NCBI GenBank assembly: GCA_964441745.1
Contig: CAYTYR010000002.1
Span: forward strand, 62,001-126,000
Direction: 5' to 3'
Origin: an uncultured Clostridia bacterium
GTDB lineage: Bacteria > CAYTYR01 > UBA6262
DNA length: 64,000 nt
Position numbers and translations under genes: made by a program. The notes under the pieces were generated by a model. It saw only the letters and a program-made list of their open reading frames with translations, ran no database searches and was not told the DNA's origin. Below, piece by piece: positions 1 to 10,110 of the stretch (position 1 is the stretch's first letter; the number at the start of each line of letters is the position of its first letter).

Positions 1-1830
1 ATCGTTTTTATCAAAACGCCTTTTAAAAATTCCCTGGCTGTAGTTGATGAGTTTACCCGCTTGATTTATTATACCGGCATCTACCTGGCGGCCAGTGATT
101 ATTTCAGCCAGGACCGGAAAATGAAGGTGATGGCAAACTTCTTACTCGTGACCGTTACCTGCGCTATCTTCTATGGCTTGATGCAGTTTTTCGGCCTGGA
201 TCCTTTCGGCTGGAGCCGCGCGTTCAGTACCCGGATTTTTTCTACATTTGGCAATCCTAATTTTTATGCCGCTTTCCTGGTCTTAACCGGTCCCTTGATC
301 CTCAGTTATTTTTTTACCGCTAATAATAAAACAGCGAAAATAATGTCTGGACTGCTTTTTGCCGCTAATACCGCCAGCCTTTTTATTACCACCAGCAAGG
401 GTGGTTGGCTGGGGATAGCTGGTTCCATTTCCTTTTTTACTATACTCATGGTGAAGTATGTCGTCCATAGCCGCCGGTTAAAAATGTATCTAATTACCTT
501 TACCCTGGCGGCTATCCTGATCAGCGCTTTTGGGGTCTATCAGTATTCTCTGCAGAGAAAAGATTCCCTCCGTTTTCGTCTCCTGACCTGGCGCAGTACC
601 ATCCAGATGATCAAGCTTAATCCTGTTACCGGTAATGGACTGGGTACCTTTAGGCTGATCTATCCGGCGTATCGTGACCGGGAAATATTCCGCATCGAGG
701 GCAAACATCAGACCGAGACTCAGCACCCGGAAAATGAATATCTGGAAATCGTCAATGACCAGGGGCTTATTGGTATCGGATTATATCTCTGGCTGCTTTT
801 TACGATCTTTTCCCGGGGGCTGAAACGCATCAAAGGATACCTGGCTCAGACCGCCGTTATTAAGAATAAAGACAAGACTATATACCAGATCAAACCAGAG
901 GTCTATTACCTGATCGGATATATGGCCGGGCTGGCCGGATTACTGGCGCATAATCTTTTCTGCGTCAATTTAAGATTCGTTTCCAGTGGTTTTTATTTAT
1001 GGTTGTTTTTAGGACTTATTGGCGGGGCCTATCTCCCTGTGCCGGATAAAAATCAGTCTCCCCCGTCTCAGGATAAAAAAGGATTATCCGCTCCGTTTCT
1101 GCTTCCCTTAAAGGTCTTGATCGCTGGTATTACTATCTTCTCGATCATTATCTACAGCCGCTTCCTGCTGGCTGATGTACATCACAATATCGGGATCGCT
1201 TATTCAAAAATGCGTTCCTGGGAGGAAGCGATAAAAGAATTTCAAACCAGTATTGACCTTAATCCATTTTTCGTGATGAGCCGCTATTTTTTGGGAAATG
1301 TCTATAATGACCGCTGGCAAGAGGGCGATGACCAGCGCGCTCTGCAATGCTATGACGAAGTGATGTCCCGGGCGCCGCATTACGTCATGGTAAATTACCA
1401 GCGCGGGATTGTTTATATGAAAATGAAAAATTATCAGGAAAGCTTGCGGGAATTTAATGAAGCCCTGCAGCTGGATCCGGTTTATCCTTTAACTTATTAT
1501 CGGATCGGTATGGTTTATCTTCAATTAAATCAACTAGATAACGCCCTGGAATCTTTTGAGCAAGCCGCCCAGATCAATCCTCAGGCGTCTGATATTTATG
1601 TTAATATCGGCAATATTTATCTGATGAAAGGGCTAGCTTCAGTGGCCGAAAATAATTATCGTCATGCGCTCAAGCTTGATCCGGCAAACTTGAATGCCCA
1701 TCGTAACCTTTCGATCGTGCTGTTACGGCAAAACAGGAGAGCAGAGGCGTTGCAGGAATTGCAGATACTGCGGCAAGCTATGCCTAATGATCCGGAGATC
1801 AATAAAGCGATCAAAAGCCTTGTCCCATGA
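1..1830 (+). CDS. O-antigen ligase (Wzy_C) family membrane protein with C-terminal TPR repeats, 5' truncated by window edge
   Basis: Frame open from base 1; STFGNPNF, RLLTW..G.GLGTF and H.ENEYL motifs; multiple TM helices; TPR-like C-terminus. Confidence 0.85.
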   Translation: MVFIKTPFKNSLAVVDEFTRLIYYTGIYLAASDYFSQDRKMKVMANFLLVTVTCAIFYGLMQFFGLDPFGWSRAFSTRIFSTFGNPNFYAAFLVLTGPLILSYFFTANNKTAKIMSGLLFAANTASLFITTSKGGWLGIAGSISFFTILMVKYVVHSRRLKMYLITFTLAAILISAFGVYQYSLQRKDSLRFRLLTWRSTIQMIKLNPVTGNGLGTFRLIYPAYRDREIFRIEGKHQTETQHPENEYLEIVNDQGLIGIGLYLWLLFTIFSRGLKRIKGYLAQTAVIKNKDKTIYQIKPEVYYLIGYMAGLAGLLAHNLFCVNLRFVSSGFYLWLFLGLIGGAYLPVPDKNQSPPSQDKKGLSAPFLLPLKVLIAGITIFSIIIYSRFLLADVHHNIGIAYSKMRSWEEAIKEFQTSIDLNPFFVMSRYFLGNVYNDRWQEGDDQRALQCYDEVMSRAPHYVMVNYQRGIVYMKMKNYQESLREFNEALQLDPVYPLTYYRIGMVYLQLNQLDNALESFEQAAQINPQASDIYVNIGNIYLMKGLASVAENNYRHALKLDPANLNAHRNLSIVLLRQNRRAEALQELQILRQAMPNDPEINKAIKSLVP

Positions 1831-3611
1831 AGACCAAAAAGATTGTTGCCATTCTCTTTTTAGCAATTTTGCTTTTCACCCCGCTGATCTTCCTGACCAA
1901 CAAAACTAAAAATCCTTTTTTGGTGCAGAGTGTTTTTTTGAATTTTGGCATAGCTCTGATCCTGCTTATTGTGCTGATTCGTTCCTGCCTTAAGGGTGTG
2001 GTTTTTCCCCGTTCTCCTTTTGATCGCTTCTGGGTCGGCTGGCTGGCCTTGGCCGTGGTATCTTTTTTAGTGGCTTTGTTCCAGAATCAAGGCAGAACAA
2101 CAGCGATCATGGTCATGGGACTGCAAAACATTGTCTTCCTGGCGCTGAATTGCCTGGCCGTCTATTATCTGGCTTTTGTTCTTTCCCCGCGTAAGGATTT
2201 TTTGCGCGCAGCCGTCTATGTCTTAATAACAGTTGCGATCATCGCTTGTAGTTATGGGCTGGTGCAATATTTTGGGTTTGAACCATTATGGCCCAAACAG
2301 GTGCAATATTTTGAGGGGAGGATCGTCTCCACCTTTGGCAATCCGGCTTTCCTGGCCAGTTTTCTGGTAATGATCATCCCTTTAGTGGCCGCTCTTTGGC
2401 TTAACGCGAAAACCAAAGCCAGTAAGGTCATTTTGTCGCTGTTATTCTTGTTGGTGTTCACCACCTTATTAGCTACGTCTGCCCGGAGCGCCCTGGCCGG
2501 TCTGGCGGTGGCTTTTCTTATTTTTATCCTCTACCTGTATAAACTCGGCTATCGGCGCGAGATTAAAGTGTTAAGCGTCTCTTTGCTGGCGCTGGTCATT
2601 CTGGCTGGTTCTATCGTGTACTTTTCCAGCCAAAAAGACCTTTTGCGCTCCAGGATAGAAGGAGTCATCAAGCCACAGGCTTTAGGTACTTCCTTGCAGC
2701 AGCGTTTTCTTATTTGGTGTTGTTCCCTGGAAATGTTTTATCAACATCCTTTCACTGGGCAAGGGTGGGGATTATTTGAGCTTTTTTATCCTTATTACCA
2801 GTTTTCGTATCTTAAAAATCCGGCCTTTGCCTCATATCGAACGCATGCTAACCATGCCCACAATGAACTACTGCAAATCGCGGCCGAATTGGGCACCGCT
2901 GGTATCTTATTAAGCTTGTATTTTATTTCTTTGCTCACCAGGCAGGCGAAGAGACTGTTAACCAGCAAGATAACCCGTGAACAGCAACTGATCGCCCTGG
3001 GAATATTTTCCGGGATCATTGGCCTGATCGTTGACAGTATGTTTAACGTATCTTTCCATATAACTGCGCCAGCAATGGTTTTTTGGTGCCTGGCCGGGCT
3101 TCTCTCCGGCTTTAATACAATAACCGTGACCGGCCAGCCGGCAGTTTCTGGTTTTTGGCGCTTTGGGGCTTTATTACTTATTCCCGTAATTTTTCTGGTT
3201 GCCGGACTGAGCATTCTTCAACTAGCGGCAGCGGCACATCATTTCACTGGTATCAATTATGTAGCCGCCAGCGAAAAAATGACCTCAGCCGAACAACCGC
3301 AAAAATCTTCCCTCTTAGCCCTGGGTGAAAAGGAACTAGTGCAGTCTTTACAGCTCTTTCCCTGGAATAAAGAGGTGGCCTATGATCTGGGATGCATCTA
3401 TTTCCGCCTGGGTGAAAAAGACCAGGCCATCGCGGCCTATACCCGCGCGATCGAGCTGGACTTTAGCTATGAGGAAATGTTTTATATGCTGGGAGTATCA
3501 CTGCTGCAAGGCGGGCGTACCGTCGAAGCAGAGAAGTCTTTGCGGCAGGCTTTAACCTTGAATCCTTCTTCCGAACCAGTTAAGGCCGCTTTGGCTGGAT
3601 TCGTAAAATAA
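1827..3611 (+). CDS. O-antigen ligase family membrane protein with TPR repeats (paralog of upstream gene)
   Basis: STFGNPAF, RFLIW..GQGWG.F and HAHNELLQ motifs; C-terminal TPRs; ATGA overlap with upstream gene. Confidence 0.85.
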   Translation: MKTKKIVAILFLAILLFTPLIFLTNKTKNPFLVQSVFLNFGIALILLIVLIRSCLKGVVFPRSPFDRFWVGWLALAVVSFLVALFQNQGRTTAIMVMGLQNIVFLALNCLAVYYLAFVLSPRKDFLRAAVYVLITVAIIACSYGLVQYFGFEPLWPKQVQYFEGRIVSTFGNPAFLASFLVMIIPLVAALWLNAKTKASKVILSLLFLLVFTTLLATSARSALAGLAVAFLIFILYLYKLGYRREIKVLSVSLLALVILAGSIVYFSSQKDLLRSRIEGVIKPQALGTSLQQRFLIWCCSLEMFYQHPFTGQGWGLFELFYPYYQFSYLKNPAFASYRTHANHAHNELLQIAAELGTAGILLSLYFISLLTRQAKRLLTSKITREQQLIALGIFSGIIGLIVDSMFNVSFHITAPAMVFWCLAGLLSGFNTITVTGQPAVSGFWRFGALLLIPVIFLVAGLSILQLAAAAHHFTGINYVAASEKMTSAEQPQKSSLLALGEKELVQSLQLFPWNKEVAYDLGCIYFRLGEKDQAIAAYTRAIELDFSYEEMFYMLGVSLLQGGRTVEAEKSLRQALTLNPSSEPVKAALAGFVK

Positions 3612-3618
3612 ATAGCGC

Positions 3619-3648
3619 TTGACAATGCCGTCCTGATTTCTATATCAT
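3619..3648 (+). promoter_or_regulatory. Putative sigma70 promoter for galT-glgA operon
   Basis: TTGACA-18 bp-TATCAT. Confidence 0.5.
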
Positions 3649-3666
3649 TAATACAATAAAGTATAT

Positions 3667-3765
3667 GGGTGATGGTTGTAGAAGTAGGTATAGAAGTAGG
3701 AAGTAGGTCTTAGGGTTTTAAGCCAAACTTCCTTAGACTTATGCTTACTTCCAAAACTTACACCC
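3667..3765 (+). repeat. Family A ~100 bp imperfect hairpin repeat, empty copy 1
   Basis: GGGTGATGGTTGTAGAAGTAGGTAT...CTTACTTCCAAAACTTACACCC. Confidence 0.9.
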
Positions 3766-3794
3766 TTTAACCTACTAAATAAATAGGAGCAAAA

Positions 3795-4793
3795 ATGCCA
3801 GAACTAAGAAAAGACCCGATTATCGGGCGCTGGGTTATTATTGCTACAGAACGATCAAAAAGACCAATGGAGTTTGAAAAAGAGGAAACGCAGGCTGATT
3901 TCAAGCATTGCCCCTTCTGCCCCGGCAATGAAAGCAAAACACCGCCGGAAATCCTCGCCTACCGGGCCAATGGCTCTAAACCGAATGAGACTGGCTGGTG
4001 GGTCAGGGTAGTTCCCAATAAGTATCCAGCCCTGCAGATTGAAGGAGCGCTGAACCGCACCGGCGAGGGTATGTATGATAAGATGAACGGATTGGGAGCC
4101 CACGAAGTCATTATCGAAACCCCGGACCATGCTAAATCGCTGGCCCAATTGGAGAATAATCATATTGAAGAGATCCTCTGGGTTTATCGCGACCGGATCG
4201 TTGACCTGAAAAAAGATTCCCGGTTTGAATATATCCTGATCTTTAAGAATCATGGCTTTTCGGCCGGAGCCACATTGCTGCATTCACATTCCCAGTTGAT
4301 TGCCACACCGATCATCCCCAAGAGAGTCAACGAGGAAGTTGCCGGCAGTAAAAAGTATTATGATTATAAAGAACGGTGCGTCTATTGCGACATTGTCAAA
4401 CAGGAAATTAGTTCTAAAGTACGGCTAGTCGGCGAGAATGACGCGCATATTGCCATTGCTCCTTTTGCCTCGCGGTTCCCTTTTGAGACCTGGATCATGC
4501 CTAAGAAACACTCTTGTTGTTTTGAAGACATCCAGAAAAAGGAAGTTTCTTCCCTGGCCGCGATCCTGAAAGATATACTGCTGCGGATGGATAAAGTACT
4601 GGTTAATCCATCTTATAATTTTATTTTACACAACTCACCCTGCAACATGAATAATTTGCCTTATTATCACTGGCACATCGAGATTATTCCTAAATTGACC
4701 AAGGTTGCCGGTTTTGAATGGGGTACCGGGTTCCATATTAATCCGACTCTGCCGGAAGATGCTACTAAATATTTGCGAGAAGCAGAGATCTAA
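3795..4793 (+). CDS. galT: Galactose-1-phosphate uridylyltransferase (GalT/HIT family)
   Basis: MPELRKDP..GRWVIIA.ER..RP, CPFCPGNE, GAHEVIIE and HSHSQ motifs. Confidence 0.9.
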   Translation: MPELRKDPIIGRWVIIATERSKRPMEFEKEETQADFKHCPFCPGNESKTPPEILAYRANGSKPNETGWWVRVVPNKYPALQIEGALNRTGEGMYDKMNGLGAHEVIIETPDHAKSLAQLENNHIEEILWVYRDRIVDLKKDSRFEYILIFKNHGFSAGATLLHSHSQLIATPIIPKRVNEEVAGSKKYYDYKERCVYCDIVKQEISSKVRLVGENDAHIAIAPFASRFPFETWIMPKKHSCCFEDIQKKEVSSLAAILKDILLRMDKVLVNPSYNFILHNSPCNMNNLPYYHWHIEIIPKLTKVAGFEWGTGFHINPTLPEDATKYLREAEI

Positions 4794-4813
4794 ATACCTC
4801 GGGAGGAAAGAAA

Positions 4814-6274
4814 ATGAAAATTGTTATTACCGCTTCGGAATGCGTGCCTTTTGTCAAGACTGGCGGACTGGCCGACGTGGCCGGGGCTTTGGCCAAGATC
4901 CTGAAAAAAGAAGGGCACAAAGTAGTTGTATTTTTACCTAAGTACAAAAAAGTTGACGCTAAAGCCTACGCCCTGAAAACTGTTTATAAAAATCTCCAGG
5001 TCCCGGTTGGGGAAAAAATAGAAAAAGCGGATATTCAGGTTTCCACTAAAGTGGATGGTATCCCGGTCTATTTTATTGATCATCCCGGCTATTTTGACCG
5101 TGATGAACTATATCGTACCGCTAACGGCGATTATGAGGATAACGGCGAAAGATTTATCTTTTTCTCCCATGCCGTGCTGGAAGGACTGAAAGCGATCGAT
5201 TTCCAGCCGGATATCATCCATGCTCATGACTGGCAGGCAGGGATGATTCCGGCCTATCTGAAAACCAGCTATAAATATGATTCTTTTTTCGCTCATACCC
5301 GGACTGTTTTCACTATTCACAACCTGGCCTACCAGGGTACCTATCCGCGCGAGGCTTTGTTCCTCAGCGGTATTTCCTATGAAGAATTTACTCCTGAAAA
5401 ACTGGAATTCTATGGCAGTTTGTGTATCCTCAAAGGCGGCATAGTCTTCAGTGATATAGTTACTACCGTCAGTAAAAAATATGCTAAAGAAATTCTGACC
5501 GAGGAATTTGGCCGCGGCTTGGATGGCGTGCTCCTAAACCGGCAATCAGACTTGTATGGCATTATTAATGGCATTGACTATGACGAATGGGACCCTCAGA
5601 CTGATAAATACCTGCCGGTGAATTACGACTTAAAGACCCTGGCCAAAAAAGAAGAAGGCAAAAAGATATTTTTGGAAAGTTGCAAATTGTCCTATAACAG
5701 CAAAACCCCGGTGATTGGCATTGTTTCCCGTCTCGATCCGCAAAAAGGATTTGATATTTTGGGCGAAGCCATGGAAGAATTAATGAAACTGGATTTTCAG
5801 TTTGCGCTGCTGGGCAAAGGCGATGCTAATTTACAGGAATTATTTATTTCTATTGGTAAAAAATATCCCAAGAAAACCAGCATTAATATCGGTTTTGACA
5901 ATAAAGTGGCGCACCAGATCTATGCCGGTTGCGATATGTTCATGATGCCGTCCTATTTTGAGCCCTGCGGCCTGGGCCAGCTGATATCGCTTAAGTACGG
6001 GACCGTGCCGATCGTCCATGAGACCGGCGGTTTGGCTGATACGATCAAGGAATTCAGTCCATCTACTGGTAAAGGCAATGGTATTTCCTTTAAGGATTAC
6101 AATGCGGTAAGCTTGATCCAGGCGGTCAAAAGGGCCTTGGCGCTGTACCAGAAAAAGGCTGACTGGAATAAAGTGGTCACGAACGGATTGAAGAGCGATT
6201 TCTCCTGGGGAAAAGTCATCCCTGAATACATTGACCTGTATAAAAAAGCTGCGGCCAAAAAGGAACTTTCCTAA
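4814..6274 (+). CDS. glgA: Glycogen synthase
   Basis: KTGGLADV, HAHDWQ, TIHNLAYQG and PSYFEPCGL motifs. Confidence 0.95.
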   Translation: MKIVITASECVPFVKTGGLADVAGALAKILKKEGHKVVVFLPKYKKVDAKAYALKTVYKNLQVPVGEKIEKADIQVSTKVDGIPVYFIDHPGYFDRDELYRTANGDYEDNGERFIFFSHAVLEGLKAIDFQPDIIHAHDWQAGMIPAYLKTSYKYDSFFAHTRTVFTIHNLAYQGTYPREALFLSGISYEEFTPEKLEFYGSLCILKGGIVFSDIVTTVSKKYAKEILTEEFGRGLDGVLLNRQSDLYGIINGIDYDEWDPQTDKYLPVNYDLKTLAKKEEGKKIFLESCKLSYNSKTPVIGIVSRLDPQKGFDILGEAMEELMKLDFQFALLGKGDANLQELFISIGKKYPKKTSINIGFDNKVAHQIYAGCDMFMMPSYFEPCGLGQLISLKYGTVPIVHETGGLADTIKEFSPSTGKGNGISFKDYNAVSLIQAVKRALALYQKKADWNKVVTNGLKSDFSWGKVIPEYIDLYKKAAAKKELS

Positions 6275-8188
6275 TTGTCCAAGAAAAATATTCTTTTTCT
6301 TCTTATAGCCATTAGCTTGCTCTGGGCTTTGCTCTTGGTGGCCCGGCGGTATGCCTGGGAAAAAAACAATAAAAGCGTAGCCATAGCCATTGACGCTGAC
6401 GGATTATACGCTATGGCTCTGAGCCAAGGATTGACTTTTGAGCAAACGCTGGCCGCGGTCAAAACAGCGGGCGGGACTGCTCTGGGAATAACGGAAGATA
6501 CTCTCTCTTCATTGCAGCGGCGTGGGCTGATCAAGATAGAATATGGCAATAAGAATGAACGGGTCTATGCCAGCCCGCGTTGCGCCTACGTGGTTTGTCC
6601 TGAAAAAAATCTGGCCGGTAATATTGCCGCCAGATTTTCTCTCTTCCTGGGGGCTGAGCAGGTTAAACTTTTTTCAGATTCCGGCCATTGGATCGTCAGG
6701 TTAACCGTCATTGATCCGGAACTGGAAGAAAGTTTTGGCCTGGGTTTTTCCCCGGAACTTATGAAAAGCGCGCAACAGCATGGTTTTTATATAGTTTTAC
6801 GGCCTTATGGCCTAAATGGTTTGGGACAGATTAAAGATTGGTCAAATGTCCTGGCTGTAGTTTTCGCCGGCAAAAAAGTTAGCGGTTATCCGCAAGATAT
6901 TTCTAAAACTGTAGCTGTGCTTTCCGCTCTACCTGCCAAGATCGGCCAGATCGAATTTACCAGCCAGGCTGGTATGGACCTTCTGACCGCCGTAGCCGGA
7001 TTGCAGCATAAAGTGGTGCGGGTACACAGCCTTAGTGAAAAAGAGATCAGGGATATTGTAGACGAAAGACGTAAAATAACAGCAGGGGCCCTGATTGAGC
7101 GCTGGGCCCGTGCCGTCAAGGAACGTAACGTCCGACTGCTTTATATTCAACTATTTCCCCGTAATTTTAATGGGGTCAGTGAGACACTCTTTGATTTTAA
7201 TCTTTCCTATATCCGGCGCATTGCCACACGCCTGGTAGGAGCTGGTTACCAGCTTAATGGCTTGTCCGGATTAACAAATGTGACTACGAATAAAATGAAT
7301 GTCGGGCTGGTTGGCTTGGGAATATGGGCTCTGGCTGCGCTCATTGTTTTAACTTTGTGGCCGGTTACCGGTTTGACCTATACTTATAGTTTCCCTGTTT
7401 TTATAGTTTTACATGGATTATTAACTTTCGTAACTCCGACTCTGTGGTATGCCCAGAGGCTGGCTCTGGCCGCCAGTATGTTATTTCCATTTGGGGCCTA
7501 TCTCTGGATGCAAAATGAAATAGGGCATAACCTGGGTCCAGGTTATTTAAAGACCGCCAGGATCTTTAGTACTGCCACTTTGATCAGTTTGGGTGGAGCG
7601 GTTTGCATTGTGGCTCTTTTGTATGGCAGTTACTTTTGGCAAAAAATCGGTTCTTTCTCTGGCATTAAACTAGCCCTTACTGTACCGTTGCTGATGATAC
7701 TATGGCATAGCTTGCGCGGGGATCGGGATTACCCCTGGGCAAAATTCTGGGAACAAGCAGTTACCTATAAGCAGCTATTATTAATAGCTCTGATTGCTGC
7801 TGGTCTGGCCCTTTATTTATGGCGCAGCGGCAATAATGGCGCTTTTTTTGTTACCGCGGCGGAAGAAAAACTACGTCTGCTGCTGGACCAGTTACTGTTA
7901 GTCAGGCCCCGGACAAAAGAAATATTTTTTGGGCATCCCTTCCTGATGCTAGGCATTTACCTGGGCTTGAAAAAAGGCCGTAATTCTCTAGCCTTAGTTG
8001 CTGGCTTTGTCGGACAACTTTCCCTGGTGAATACTTTTTGTCATATGCATACACCGCTTAGTGTTTCTTTCTGGCGGGTATTTAACGGCTGGTGGCTGGG
8101 AGTCGTGATTGGCTGGGGCCTGCTTTGGTGTTACCAGGCGTACTTGAAAACTGACAAAAAAGGTGAACAACTGTGCCTAAAGTTTTAA
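6275..8188 (+). CDS. DUF5693-like membrane protein (commonly upstream of csaB)
   Basis: RAVKERNVR, RPRTKEI..GHP and NTFCHMHTP motifs; multi-TM C-terminal half. Confidence 0.7.
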   Translation: MSKKNILFLLIAISLLWALLLVARRYAWEKNNKSVAIAIDADGLYAMALSQGLTFEQTLAAVKTAGGTALGITEDTLSSLQRRGLIKIEYGNKNERVYASPRCAYVVCPEKNLAGNIAARFSLFLGAEQVKLFSDSGHWIVRLTVIDPELEESFGLGFSPELMKSAQQHGFYIVLRPYGLNGLGQIKDWSNVLAVVFAGKKVSGYPQDISKTVAVLSALPAKIGQIEFTSQAGMDLLTAVAGLQHKVVRVHSLSEKEIRDIVDERRKITAGALIERWARAVKERNVRLLYIQLFPRNFNGVSETLFDFNLSYIRRIATRLVGAGYQLNGLSGLTNVTTNKMNVGLVGLGIWALAALIVLTLWPVTGLTYTYSFPVFIVLHGLLTFVTPTLWYAQRLALAASMLFPFGAYLWMQNEIGHNLGPGYLKTARIFSTATLISLGGAVCIVALLYGSYFWQKIGSFSGIKLALTVPLLMILWHSLRGDRDYPWAKFWEQAVTYKQLLLIALIAAGLALYLWRSGNNGAFFVTAAEEKLRLLLDQLLLVRPRTKEIFFGHPFLMLGIYLGLKKGRNSLALVAGFVGQLSLVNTFCHMHTPLSVSFWRVFNGWWLGVVIGWGLLWCYQAYLKTDKKGEQLCLKF

Positions 8189-9234
8189 TTTCTGGTTACT
8201 ATGGTTATGATAATCTCGGTGACGAGCTTATTTTAAAAGCTATTATTGAACATCTCCGGGCTATTGATCCATCTTTAGATATTACCGTAATTTCCCACAG
8301 TCCCTGGCGTACGGTTAACTTGCATCCTTCGATCGAGGCAGTATCACGGAGAGATGTCTTTGGCATTTTTAAGGCCTTGCGGCAGTGCCAGCTTTTTATC
8401 AGCGGCGGCGGCGGGTTATTACAGGATACTACTGGCCAGGGTAGCGTCTTATACTATCTGGGGTGGGGGATCATAGCCAAAAAAATATTCCGTAAAAAAG
8501 TCATGCTCTATGCCCAGGGGATCGGCCCTTTGCACAGAAGTCTCTCCCGTTCTTTGGTAGGCGCTTGGATCGGTAAAATGGACCTGATCACTTTGCGCGA
8601 AGAGAGGTCGCGGCAAATACTGCAAGATCTGCGGGTACCAGATTCTATGATTAAAGTAACCGCTGATCCAGCGCTGGGGATGACGGTAAAAAATAGCGGG
8701 TCTTTGAGCGAGAAACATCCCTTATGCATCGGCGTAGTTTTGCGGCAGGGGCCGGATAAACTGCAGGCGGTACAGCCCTGGTGCGAGATCTTGACTAATG
8801 TTAAGAATATGTATAACGCCCGGATCCTGCTTCTTCCTTTCCAGGATCCTCATGATGTGAAATTAAACCGGTCTATCAAAGAAACCATGAAAGATAAAGT
8901 GGATCTTAAATACTGGGACAACCTGGGGGATATTTTTACTTTTTATGAAAGTGTGGATATTCTTGTCTCCATGAGGCTGCATGCTTTGATCCTGGCCGCA
9001 GTTTACGGTAAGCCGATGCTGGGTATTAATTATGACCCTAAGATAGATAATTTTTTGCGCTTATTTAACCAGCAGGCTGTAACCAGGGAAAAAGTAGTGA
9101 AAACGCTGGAAAATCTTGTCTATAAACAGAAAATAATTGCGGCAGAACAGAGTGCCGTATTGCAGCAATTGCAGGCACGCGCGAGGGAGAACGCAAAATT
9201 AGCGATGGCGCTAATTAACAGTAATAAAGGGTGA
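8173..9234 (+). CDS. csaB: Polysaccharide pyruvyl transferase CsaB
   Basis: ISGYYGYDNLGDE, SGGGGLLQD and MRLHALI motifs. Confidence 0.88.
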   Translation: MPKVLISGYYGYDNLGDELILKAIIEHLRAIDPSLDITVISHSPWRTVNLHPSIEAVSRRDVFGIFKALRQCQLFISGGGGLLQDTTGQGSVLYYLGWGIIAKKIFRKKVMLYAQGIGPLHRSLSRSLVGAWIGKMDLITLREERSRQILQDLRVPDSMIKVTADPALGMTVKNSGSLSEKHPLCIGVVLRQGPDKLQAVQPWCEILTNVKNMYNARILLLPFQDPHDVKLNRSIKETMKDKVDLKYWDNLGDIFTFYESVDILVSMRLHALILAAVYGKPMLGINYDPKIDNFLRLFNQQAVTREKVVKTLENLVYKQKIIAAEQSAVLQQLQARARENAKLAMALINSNKG

Positions 9235-9331
9235 AGGTTGTAGAAGTAGGTATGGAAGCAGGTCTAATGTTTGTGGTTAGAACCTAACACCCATAGACCT
9301 CAGACCAAACTTACTTCCAAAACATACACCT
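9229..9331 (+). repeat. Family A hairpin repeat, empty copy 2 (supplies the csaB TGA stop)
   Basis: GGGTGAAGGTTGTAGAAGTAGGTATGG...CTTACTTCCAAAACATACACCT. Confidence 0.9.
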
Positions 9332-9351
9332 AGTTATTCTTAGGAGAAAAC

Positions 9352-10104
9352 ATGTTTAACAAATGGATCACTGGTTTAGTTTTTATTATCATCGGCTTAT
9401 TTCTGTTGGGAGCCGCCAACCTGAATAATATTATTACCCGTTTGGAAAAGAAGCTATCAGTAGTGATCTTCTTAAAGGCTGATTTTCCCGCCGATCAGGT
9501 TATTCCTTTACAAGAACAGATCAAACTGCTGGCCAATATTGAAACCATCGAATATATTTCTCCTGACCAGGCGCTCGCTAATTTTGCCCAGGATGCAACT
9601 ATTGCCCAGCAGGTGCAAGTAGTAGGGGAAAATCCTTTACCCGGATCTTTTACCATTAAAGTAAAAGATCCTGATTTGGGGCGAGTCAGGGCGCTGGTGA
9701 CCCGCATCCAGGAAATGCCCGGCATTGATGAAATTAAGTTCGGTGAACAGGAAGCAGCCAAGATCCAGGGGATTATCACCAACCTGACCCAGGTTAAGAA
9801 CATTACCGGCGGAATCATTTTACTTTGCTGTTTCCTGCTCCTATTCTATGTCTATAGTTTTGACCTGGCTACTGCGCTATCCCCTATTTGGGAGAAGATA
9901 TTCAAGGAAAGTTTATGGCTGTACCTGGCTAGTTGTGCCGGAGCATATTTAATCCTGCTGGGCGTATTTAAACTGGCTTTTGACCGGATTGGCCGGTTTG
10001 CCTTTTTTAATCTTGAACAAGGTTTATATTTTGCTCTCTGGTGCCTGGCCTTGCAAACAGCCAGTCTCTTAGCGGCCACGAAACACCCCAAAGTCCAAAG
10101 ATAA
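9352..10104 (+). CDS. ftsX: FtsX-like cell division permease (divergent)
   Basis: TM helix, extracellular domain with YIS.DQAL and ENPLPGSF.IK motifs; position upstream of envC. Confidence 0.7.
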   Translation: MFNKWITGLVFIIIGLFLLGAANLNNIITRLEKKLSVVIFLKADFPADQVIPLQEQIKLLANIETIEYISPDQALANFAQDATIAQQVQVVGENPLPGSFTIKVKDPDLGRVRALVTRIQEMPGIDEIKFGEQEAAKIQGIITNLTQVKNITGGIILLCCFLLLFYVYSFDLATALSPIWEKIFKESLWLYLASCAGAYLILLGVFKLAFDRIGRFAFFNLEQGLYFALWCLALQTASLLAATKHPKVQR

Positions 10105-10110
10105 GGGCTC

